Source: a virus
DNA: 64,000 nucleotides
Reading direction: 5' to 3' (one strand)
IMG/VR virus record: IMGVR_UViG_3300032315_001401
Span: 124,018-188,017 of that record
The position numbers and the translations under genes are program-made. Shown piece after piece: positions 40,015 to 49,000 of the stretch. Position 1 is the first letter of the stretch; each line of letters starts with the position of its first letter. The notes below the pieces were generated by a model. The model saw nothing but the letters and a program-made list of their open reading frames with translations. It did no database searches and had not been told where the DNA came from.

Positions 40015-40665
40015 TTATAAGACCAGATACTTTTGAGAGTATAGCACTGACCACATTCGTTCTGCGGTATAAGCATAACCGATATTATTTTTTCTCTCAA
40101 AAATGTTTAAATATTTTTTATAAAAACTTTTTGAATAGTGACGAATTCTTTCTGATGATACGCAAAATTGACCACAAGTAGCATATTCAACTTTTTTAAA
40201 CTCAGGTTCTTTTCCAAAAAGTTCTACATAAGTTTCAAATAATTCAGTTTCATTTATATTTTCAGTAGTGTACCAATCTGTTAAGGGGATATAATCAAAA
40301 TCTTCTACTTGAATTTTTTCCCTTCTTTCTAAATCTAAAAAACAATCTAAAAATCTTTCTACATTCCCAATAAAATGATAATGGGGACTTCCTTGTAAAA
40401 ATATCAAATGATTTGGCAGAGTATCATAATTATTCACAATATGGTACACCCAACTATGATGCTCTAGTCCAATATTTTTTAAACGAATATATGGATAAGG
40501 TAGATTGTCGTCACCCTTATTATAGATTATAGAATAATCTAGATATGGATTAATCCATGATAAACCCTCATCATAACGGGTCACAATAATATTGGTATCT
40601 TTACCAGAAAGGTTCTTTGGCGTATCCAAAATATTCAAAATCATTTTTATAAGTTTCCTGTACAA
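40015..40665 (-). CDS. DUF3431-like protein
   Basis: IVTRYDEGLSWI...IYNKG...NIGLE...YHIVNNYDTLP...IFLQG. Confidence 0.75.
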   Translation of the reverse strand: MYRKLIKMILNILDTPKNLSGKDTNIIVTRYDEGLSWINPYLDYSIIYNKGDDNLPYPYIRLKNIGLEHHSWVYHIVNNYDTLPNHLIFLQGSPHYHFIGNVERFLDCFLDLERREKIQVEDFDYIPLTDWYTTENINETELFETYVELFGKEPEFKKVEYATCGQFCVSSERIRHYSKSFYKKYLNIFERKNNIGYAYTAERMWSVLYSQKYLVL

Positions 40666-41317
40666 AATGAATCAATTCATCAGTATATAATTTACGATAA
40701 TTGCGATCATATTCTGCTTGATTAAATTTAAACTTATTAACCTCTTTGAGTTTAAAATCTCTTTCCAAATCTACCAAATCTGTTTCCATTTTATAAATTT
40801 TATCACATTTTACATCGCCATTAATGTCTTTTAAATAATTAACTTGATTTACAAGATAATTACAAGGATCCATTTTCAATATTTTGTTAATTTTTTCATG
40901 ATTTATAAATTCGCTTGGAGATGGTATAGAAAATTCAAAATACTTATCCAGATAATAAATGCTTGCATAATAATGAGATATAAACTTTGTATATGGGTTT
41001 CTGACAATTGTCATGATTTTTTCACCATTATACATTCCGGATTTTTGCCATACCCAAAGAGGGGAGTGTTGCACCTCAAATAATAATTCCGACTTAGCAA
41101 TATTAAAATATTCAACGGGTATTAAACCGGTTTTTACACATTCACTTTCATACTGCTCCCAAAGTAAATCTACAATAGGAGCATCAATATCATTAAAATT
41201 TTTATCAAAAATAAAATATTCTCCAGAATAATATTTAATGATGATTTTCTTAAGATTCCCACCAGATGTTTTTGGTATGTGAATATACATCCACCCATCG
41301 TCAATTAACTTAAACAT
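40601..41317 (-). CDS. Sulfotransferase (Sulfotransfer_2-like)
   Basis: HIPKTSG (5-PSB) and VRNPY..FIS (3-PB) PAPS-binding motifs. Confidence 0.85.
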   Translation of the reverse strand: MFKLIDDGWMYIHIPKTSGGNLKKIIIKYYSGEYFIFDKNFNDIDAPIVDLLWEQYESECVKTGLIPVEYFNIAKSELLFEVQHSPLWVWQKSGMYNGEKIMTIVRNPYTKFISHYYASIYYLDKYFEFSIPSPSEFINHEKINKILKMDPCNYLVNQVNYLKDINGDVKCDKIYKMETDLVDLERDFKLKEVNKFKFNQAEYDRNYRKLYTDELIHFVQETYKNDFEYFGYAKEPFW

Positions 41318-41342
41318 TTATCTATAAGTTTCTTCAGTTAAA

Positions 41343-41690
41343 TCAATCCAATTTAATCTTATTCATTCTATACGAAGTTGCTATCAATTCTTGAGTATTA
41401 ATAGCAATAACACGATTTAATTGTGTTTTAATATCTGTACTTTCAAGTAATTCAAATTCTGTATTTTGCGGCAAAGTTGGTTCTTCAGATTCTTGTTGCA
41501 GAATAATATGTGCCCCAGATCTCATAATGGAAGAAACAAATTGATAATAATCACTACAATCAATATTGCAACAATCAATTGCAACGGGTGGATAATCATC
41601 TATTGGTTTTGGTGCATTTTGTCTACAAAATTTTATGATTATCTGATCTGTTTCTTCAATATACTCTACTATTTTGAATATGAAATTCAT
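41343..41690 (-). CDS. Hypothetical late protein
   Basis: ORF track; CTAAATA at 41717-41723. Confidence 0.65.
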   Translation of the reverse strand: MNFIFKIVEYIEETDQIIIKFCRQNAPKPIDDYPPVAIDCCNIDCSDYYQFVSSIMRSGAHIILQQESEEPTLPQNTEFELLESTDIKTQLNRVIAINTQELIATSYRMNKIKLD

Positions 41691-41738
41691 AACTGATTTT
41701 TTGGTATAATAAACTTTATTTAGTTATTGAAGTAAAAT

Positions 41739-42296
41739 TTACTCTTGCATTAATCCCCAAGAAGATAAAATATATTTTGTTTGATTTATAGGAGGATTTC
41801 CTCTATGAGTATGAGTAAATCCTGCAGGAAAAATAATAAGTCTGCCTGCTTTTGACTGTACTCTTTTATTTAAATATAAAAATTCGGTCTCACCACCTTC
41901 TTCAATTTCATTCAAATACAATTGAACTACAAAAACTCTTGATGCTGAGCATAAATTAGAACTCTCATAATGCCAATCATGAAATCCACCACCAGCAGGA
42001 ATTTTCTTTGCTTTTACATCATAAATTAAAAATTTTCCCTTTGATAAGATACTATATGTTGAAATATAATTATCAATACAAGTTTTGATTGCTGGGAAAA
42101 AATGCTCACCAATCCAAGTCCAAGCAGATAGATCATAATTGTGAGACATATTGCTAAACTTATGGTCTATTCTATGACTTTTCTCATCTGCTTGAAAAAT
42201 CATTGTATTTTTTTCTAGTTCTTCAATATAGTTTATAAAGTAATCACATTGTTGTTGTGATAAAACATTGTCATAAATCGATAAAAAATCTTTCAT
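41739..42296 (-). CDS. Fe(II)/2OG oxygenase (HxE variant)
   Basis: GFHDWHYE...YLN...GGETEF...FPAGFTHTHRGNPP...K. Confidence 0.88.
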   Translation of the reverse strand: MKDFLSIYDNVLSQQQCDYFINYIEELEKNTMIFQADEKSHRIDHKFSNMSHNYDLSAWTWIGEHFFPAIKTCIDNYISTYSILSKGKFLIYDVKAKKIPAGGGFHDWHYESSNLCSASRVFVVQLYLNEIEEGGETEFLYLNKRVQSKAGRLIIFPAGFTHTHRGNPPINQTKYILSSWGLMQE

Positions 42297-42306
42297 TGAA
42301 ATTAAA

Positions 42307-43308
42307 TTAAGTTACTGAACCATTATACTGTATTGTACCATGTAATGTGCCACTTCCAGAAATTGTAACTGATCCACTACCAGAAGTTACAATAATTCCA
42401 TTTCCATTTGAACCTGCAGGACCACCCGATCCACTAGTTACATTACCACTACCATCACCACCCTTTTGGGCAGCATTACTCGGATCTCCACCTGCTCCAC
42501 CAGCACCAGCAGCTGCCCCGCTACTGCTGCCACCAGGACCACCCAATCCTCTTACCGTAGCAGTTGAATCATTACCATCAGTACCTTTTGAACCAAAACC
42601 ATAGACTCCACTATCTGTAGTAAATCCTTTTGTTCCAATAGAATATCCTGCACCACCACCGCCACCTCCTCCAGAGGATCCAGCATCCTGTTGGTTTTTA
42701 TCTGGATCATTTGAAGCATTGCCACCGCCACCACCACCACCATAACCGGATTGAATATATCCATTATTAATTAATGTTGCTCCAGAATATTCTATGCCCA
42801 GAGCACTAGTTCCATCACCTCCAGCACCACCATTTGCATCTCCACCTTTACCACCAACACCGAAAATTTGCCCAGAAGATCCAACATCTAGTTGAAGAGT
42901 TGTTCCAGAATCCCAAGACCCAGTTCTTAATGCAACATTACTCACCGATCCGGATGTAGATCCAAAAGTTTTATTAATATTAATGAAAACTTTTATACCA
43001 GAAGTGTTAGCCGGAGCTCCTCTAAATCCCCCTATAACTCTTAAATTGCCGTTATTATATTTTGCTCTAGCGTTTGTTCTAAATTCTGCCGATCCAGAAT
43101 AACAATCAACAATAACATTTAATTTTTTACTATAAAAATCACTGAATCTAATTGTCCCAGATTGAGAAATTCCCGTATCAAGTGGTAAATTATTTAAAGA
43201 TCCAACACTTTCAGAAACTCGATACAACCCGAATCTATTACTAGTCGGAACTCCAAATTCATTTGCAATTTGAGAAAACCTTATTGGTCCAGAACCTTGA
43301 AGTGCCAT
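42307..43308 (-). CDS. Glycine-rich tail-associated structural protein, paralogue A
   Basis: LQGSGPIRFSQIANEFG N-terminus; GGGGG tracts; paralogous to 55651-56886. Confidence 0.7.
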   Translation of the reverse strand: MALQGSGPIRFSQIANEFGVPTSNRFGLYRVSESVGSLNNLPLDTGISQSGTIRFSDFYSKKLNVIVDCYSGSAEFRTNARAKYNNGNLRVIGGFRGAPANTSGIKVFININKTFGSTSGSVSNVALRTGSWDSGTTLQLDVGSSGQIFGVGGKGGDANGGAGGDGTSALGIEYSGATLINNGYIQSGYGGGGGGGNASNDPDKNQQDAGSSGGGGGGGAGYSIGTKGFTTDSGVYGFGSKGTDGNDSTATVRGLGGPGGSSSGAAAGAGGAGGDPSNAAQKGGDGSGNVTSGSGGPAGSNGNGIIVTSGSGSVTISGSGTLHGTIQYNGSVT

Positions 43309-43323
43309 TTATAATCTTTTTTT

Positions 43324-44019
43324 TTATTTATAGGTTTTCCAGTATTTTTGATGAATATATCCCATCGAATGAGATAAGTGTTCTTCCTTTAAAACTAATG
43401 TTATGTCACCAACAACTGCTAATCTTTCACCTTCAAAATTCGAAATCATAGAACTTGTTGAATGTATAGTTTTACTTGGAAAAGCAATTATATTTCCTTC
43501 ATTAGGAACCATAAAAAAAGTTTCACAATTTATATCATTATATTCTTTAACGAATTGTCTAGAATAATCTGGATGATCTTTTGTCATTCCAAGGAATAAA
43601 CTATTTGGCAAATGTTGATTTGAAAATTTTAATGCATGAGCATTTTGTGGAACATTTACATAATATGCAAAAGAAATGTGACTAGTTGAATGAATATGCC
43701 AAGGAATTTGATCTTTTGAATTTTGAGATCTCGACAACCAAGTTTTAGTAATGACAAAATCAAAAACATCCTTGAGCAAGAGAACATTTTGAGCATAATT
43801 TTTAATATGTTCAATAATGTCTTCGAACAAAGGATTCAAACTTTCTTCTAGATGCAATAAAGGATTACCGACATTTTCACTCACAGTCGTGTTAAATTGA
43901 TCTCTTTCCCAATCAAATTTTGGATAAACTTCATAAAATAATTTTTTATGGTTTATGTGATTTTCAATTTTTCCAACATAAGCAGTTGTCGGGAAAAAAT
44001 TAATAACTTCAAAATTCAT
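43324..44019 (-). CDS. Putative Fe(II)/2OG oxygenase (TIGR02466-like)
   Basis: FFPT...WHIHSTSHISFAYYV...FPSKTIHS. Confidence 0.75.
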   Translation of the reverse strand: MNFEVINFFPTTAYVGKIENHINHKKLFYEVYPKFDWERDQFNTTVSENVGNPLLHLEESLNPLFEDIIEHIKNYAQNVLLLKDVFDFVITKTWLSRSQNSKDQIPWHIHSTSHISFAYYVNVPQNAHALKFSNQHLPNSLFLGMTKDHPDYSRQFVKEYNDINCETFFMVPNEGNIIAFPSKTIHSTSSMISNFEGERLAVVGDITLVLKEEHLSHSMGYIHQKYWKTYK

Positions 44020-44034
44020 AGTTTGTTATGCAAA

Positions 44035-45984
44035 TTAAACAGATGTACCACTAATATATTTCCATCCAGAAGTAGATGAATCATAATATTCTAAACGATT
44101 TAAATTAACATTATACACCATTGCACCACCTAACATGCCGGTTAAATTATTTCTTTGAGTTGTCGTCACTCTTGGTGGATACATATACATCTTATTTGCA
44201 GATGCACCAGTTGCCTCTTTTCCAGCGTCTGAAAAATCAACAAAAGATTTTAATGAAGTAGTTCCTACACCAACAGCACCAAATATAGCATTTGTATTTA
44301 AAGCATCAAATCCTACACCATCTGTAATAGAAGATGTTTTGACACCAACAGATCCTTGTTGATTGACAATAAATTTATTAGTTGGAAGTGAATTAATTTC
44401 TAACGGATTATTATTTGGATTTGTTGTTCCAATTCCTACAGAAAACTCAAATAGTGCTTTGTCAGTAACTTTAATATCATTAAATGTAGAAATTCCAGAT
44501 AAAGCATTTACATTTCCAGTCAAATTGCCGTTTACATCAGCAGTAAATGAACTCAATACAAGTGATCCATTAATGCTTAAGTTTCCAACAATTTCTACAT
44601 TATTGCCAAAATAAGCATTAGAAGTAACAGTTGATGTTCCAACAACATGTAAAGTATTTGATGGAGTTGTAATACCAACACCCAAATTACCACCGTAAGT
44701 CAAAGTCATCAATCTAGCAAAATTTTTCCTTCTGTGCCAGTAGAAATTGCCAGTGCTAATTCCAGGAGTCCCTGCTTCTAGATAAAAGTTTAAATTTCCA
44801 GTGGAATAGTTGAGAATGTCTAAAGAGTTTTGATCACTGTATGGAAAAAGACCCGATGTGTTTCCAAATCTTAAGACACCATTAGAAGCTTCTAAAGAAT
44901 TACTTCTTCCAATTGAAATTATTGCAGATTGTGTATCACTAGTAACTAAAATAGAAGCAGCAGTGGCATTTCTGATTTGAAAATTTCCAATTGGACTATT
45001 TGTCCCTATACCAATACTTGTTTGAGCAACTAAATTTGTGGTTGTTGTAAGACCAGAAACACCAAGAGTTGTTGCAGTTACAATTCCATTTGCATTTATA
45101 TTTGTAACAGCGATATTTGGACTTCCAGATAAAGAAGTTGCAGTTGTTGCGGTTCCAGTTAAGTTGCCGACAAAAGTAGTTGCAGTTACAATTCCACCAA
45201 CATTAATATTTGATGGAAGTCTGCTATTAGATAGTGTTCCTGAAGAAATATTGGAAGCATTAATTCCAGAAATATCAGTTCCAAATCCACTAAAACTATA
45301 ACCAGTTATAATACCAGAGAGATTAATATTTGATGGAAGTCTGCTATTAGATAGTGTTCCTGAAGAAATATTGGAAGCATTAATTCCAGAAATATCAGTT
45401 CCAAATCCACTAAAATTATATCCGGTTATAGTGCCAGTGACATTAATATTTGATGGAAGTCTTGCAGTATTTAATGTTCCTGATGAGATATTGGTAGCAT
45501 TAATTGATGTAATATTATCACCAGATCCAACAAAACTTGAAGCAGTTACAATTCCAGCATATGTTGCGTTTCCATTGTTATTAATTGTGACTCCAACACC
45601 AACTTGAAAATTGCCCGTTGGAAGAGTTGTACCAATTCCAACTTTTGATGTGGTAGAAATATTTCCGGCAGAAACATACCACCCATCAACGGCAATAGCG
45701 TAAATTCCGGTTAAACCAGCAGCACTTCCGGAGAAAGATGCTGCCGTCACTACTCCAGAAGTATTGATATTTTGCGCTGTTAAAAATCTAACTGTTGCAA
45801 CTCCAACATTCAATTGACTTACAGTTATAAGTCCGGTGACTCTAGTGTCTCCATATACATTCAAAAGATAAGATTCTGGAATTGTTGTTCCAATTCCAAC
45901 CAAACCATTAGCATTTACAACAAAGTTGTCATTATCAACTTGAACCCCATTCCTAAAGTTAAATGACTTATTATAATTTGCCAT
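44035..45984 (-). CDS. Tail fibre/structural protein
   Basis: KSFNFRNGVQVDNDNFVV N-terminus; repeated VGIGTT motifs; ATAAATA at 46005-46011. Confidence 0.75.
   Translation of the reverse strand: MANYNKSFNFRNGVQVDNDNFVVNANGLVGIGTTIPESYLLNVYGDTRVTGLITVSQLNVGVATVRFLTAQNINTSGVVTAASFSGSAAGLTGIYAIAVDGWYVSAGNISTTSKVGIGTTLPTGNFQVGVGVTINNNGNATYAGIVTASSFVGSGDNITSINATNISSGTLNTARLPSNINVTGTITGYNFSGFGTDISGINASNISSGTLSNSRLPSNINLSGIITGYSFSGFGTDISGINASNISSGTLSNSRLPSNINVGGIVTATTFVGNLTGTATTATSLSGSPNIAVTNINANGIVTATTLGVSGLTTTTNLVAQTSIGIGTNSPIGNFQIRNATAASILVTSDTQSAIISIGRSNSLEASNGVLRFGNTSGLFPYSDQNSLDILNYSTGNLNFYLEAGTPGISTGNFYWHRRKNFARLMTLTYGGNLGVGITTPSNTLHVVGTSTVTSNAYFGNNVEIVGNLSINGSLVLSSFTADVNGNLTGNVNALSGISTFNDIKVTDKALFEFSVGIGTTNPNNNPLEINSLPTNKFIVNQQGSVGVKTSSITDGVGFDALNTNAIFGAVGVGTTSLKSFVDFSDAGKEATGASANKMYMYPPRVTTTQRNNLTGMLGGAMVYNVNLNRLEYYDSSTSGWKYISGTSV
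45202..45480. repeat. 120-nt (40-aa) tandem repeat inside a fibre gene
   Basis: Units start at 45202, 45322, 45442; the first two are identical over about 94 nt. Confidence 0.85.
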
Positions 45985-46003
45985 CTTTTGAATACATTTT
46001 TAG

Positions 46004-49000
46004 TTATTTATCTTGGAGTTTTTGTTCAAGATTCTCTACTTTATTAGACAACTCTTTAATTGCCTCTATAAGAAGTGGAACAAGTTTTTGATAATCAACT
46101 GCCAGATATCCATTATCTCTTGTAATAACTGCCTCTGGAAGAACTTCAAGAATTTCTTGTGCAATCACGCCAACATCATTTCCAGATTTATTTGATTTTT
46201 CATTCCAATCATAAGTATTGCCACTAATTGAAAGAATTTTACTAAGAGAATTATCGATTGGAACAATATTATCTTTCAATCTCCGATCAGAACTATAATA
46301 AGCAATAATGTCTTGTGTAACTCTTAACTCACCATTAATTGTTGTAACATCAGTATCTGTGTCTCCAAGAGTCGTGTTTCCACTAACATTTAATGTTCCA
46401 GCAACTGTCACATTTGTGCCAGAGAGAGTAATGGCAGTTGAACCATCAGATGCTTTAATATCATTACCGTTAATCTTAAGGTCACCAGCAATTATTGCAT
46501 CAGATCCAGAAAGACTGATTGATACTGAACCATCAGATGCTTTAATATCATTACCGTTAATCTTAAGATCGCCAGCAATTATTGCATCAGATCCAGAGAG
46601 AGTAATGGCAGTTGAACCATCAGATGCTTTAATATCATTACCGTTAATCTTAAGATCGCCAGCAATTGTTGCATCAGATCCAGAAAGACTGATTGATACT
46701 GAACCATCAGACGCTTGAATATCATTGCCCCCTATACGAAGATCACCAGCAATTGTGGTTAATGTATTGGAAGTTAGAGTAATATTAGTATTACCATCAG
46801 ATGCTTGGATGTCATTACCATTAATTTTAAGATCGCCAGCAATTGTAGTTAATGTATTGGAAGTTAGAGTAATATTAGTATTACCATCAGATGCTTGGAT
46901 GTCATTACCACCTATACGAAGATCACTACTTACAACTACAACTCCAGTTCCATTTGGTGTGAATATAATATTGCCATTTGTATTTGTAGAACTCAATACA
47001 TTTCCATCCAATCTCAAATTATCAATATTGAGTAAAGTATTAACATTAACACTGCCAGTAAATGTAGAGTTACCAGCAACATTTAAGTTTTCGCCAATTC
47101 CAACTCCACCTTTAACAGTTAGAGCACCTTTTCCAGATGAATCTGAAGTTGCCGTATTAGTGATTCTAACTTGACCACTGAATGTGACTGCATCTTTTGC
47201 TCTGATTTGCTTGTTGAATGTAACCGGACCATCAAACTGTGAAAGAATTGTACCAGAATCTCCACCTTCTACAAGAAGTCTTTCCTTAACAGTAACTTCA
47301 TCATAAACAACACTAGATTTGGAAGGATCTTCACCAGTTACTGTTGGAGTTGGAATATCATATGATGTGATCTCACCCGAAGTTGAAGATGTTTTGGTGT
47401 TTCCACTGAAGAAATCACCGTTATTGTTCATACCAGTATAGACAACAATACCACCAGATCTTTCTTGCGATTGAACAAGGAAGTCCTCTCTTTCAGTAAG
47501 AGATCTAACTTGTATTTGGGGCAATCCTGTCGAATAGTTTCCAGGACCATATCCAAGATACTCAAATGTATGTCCAGAGGCACGAAGAATTGATGGTCTA
47601 CGGAATTCAACTGGGATTGGGTTAATCTTACGAATTAGTGACCCTGCATCGTGACTTTCTTTTCTAGTTCCAAGAACACCACGAATCACTGTAAATTGAG
47701 AATCGTTACTTGAGGAAGTAATTCTCATTACTTCATTATCAATTTGAATATAAGATCCCATTGAGAATCTTGCGCCAGTGCCAATACCTGAAGCAATGGA
47801 AGAAACTTGAAGAGTCGTTGCTGCAGAATCATCAGTAATTGCTACCGTAAGTCTTACAATTTCATTTCCATAGAAAGAAGTTTGACGAATACCAAAGTTT
47901 TCTTCCCTAATATCAGAAATTGCATCATTCGCTGACAATCCATGCTTTAATACATAACCGTCTGTAACACTTAATGATTGATTTGTAATCGCAGTAAATG
48001 TGGTTACACCTACTCTTTCCTTAACTAGATAATCTCCAGCATTATTGTTGGAAGAATCAATGACTCTAAACTTGTTTCCCGCTAACAATCCGTGCGGAGT
48101 TGTAGTTGTAAATGTTGTAATTCCAGTTGCTGAACTATAACTTGTAGTTGTAATTCTAGAAGATGGTGCTATAGTTATAACATATTGACCAACAACTGGT
48201 GTTGGATCGCCAGCAGTTTTAGCAATCGAAATTTGTGTTGTTGAGTTAATCGCACTAATACGATGATAAGAATCAGATGTAGTGCCGATGCCAGTAATCT
48301 GCACTACCTCTCCAATGCCCGTGGAAATTCCTGCAGTTGATAGAGTATATCTTGCACCACCATTTCCTGCACCAATTCTAGTCGAATCGAAGTAAAGTGC
48401 ATCTCCATTTGTATAACCAGATCCAGCAGAAATAATATCAGCGGAAATTACACCACCACCAGAAACAACAACTTTTGCTGTTGCTCCTTTCCATGTTCCA
48501 ACAAGTGGATCTGCATTTCCATTTAAAAGTTTTACATCATAATAGGTGCCATCATTATATGTTGCTGCACTAGTAAGTGTGCCAAGAGCAATACTACCAA
48601 GACCATGATTTCTTCCAAAAGTAAGAGTAGCACTAGTTGCTGGATCAACTGAAGAAACAGAAGTTATTGGTTGTCCAATTCCCAAAGATGTGACAAATTT
48701 ATCAACAGTTTCTCTAGTAATACTCTTTTTCAAATCACTTGTATTTGTATCTCCAATTGGAGCACGAAGAGCAAATGTCTTTGCTGCCGGTGGATTGGAA
48801 TTAATATTATCCCTATCCAATTGAGGATAAAGGTCTACAGGACTTTGAGAATACTTTAGATTTGTAAATTCTTCTGTAATTGCATTGTTTGCATTTAAAA
48901 TATATAAATGATAAATTCCATCCTGTTGTCCTTCAACGTAAGAAGAAATTACTTCATTTCTATAGATATAAAGATTCTGTTGAATATCATTTCTTTCAAA

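Larger units (their letters stand above)
3587..40016 (-). promoter_or_regulatory. Dispersed early-promoter family: dyad TGTGCCA-N10-TG(G/T)CACA/TGTCC plus -10 box (21 copies)
   Basis: + strand dyad starts: 3623, 3885, 4836, 5524, 5848, 6821, 7087, 9845, 10662, 11967, 12159, 15109, 16516, 26415, 27562, 29235, 29993, 33284, 35018, 36257, 39993; each 29-31 nt from a minus-strand TAnnnT or near-match hexamer. Confidence 0.85.

Noticed and set aside
3587-40016. Dyads as integron attC or site-specific recombination sites
   Set aside because: No recombinase in the window and the fixed distance to -10 boxes fits a promoter element better; not fully excluded
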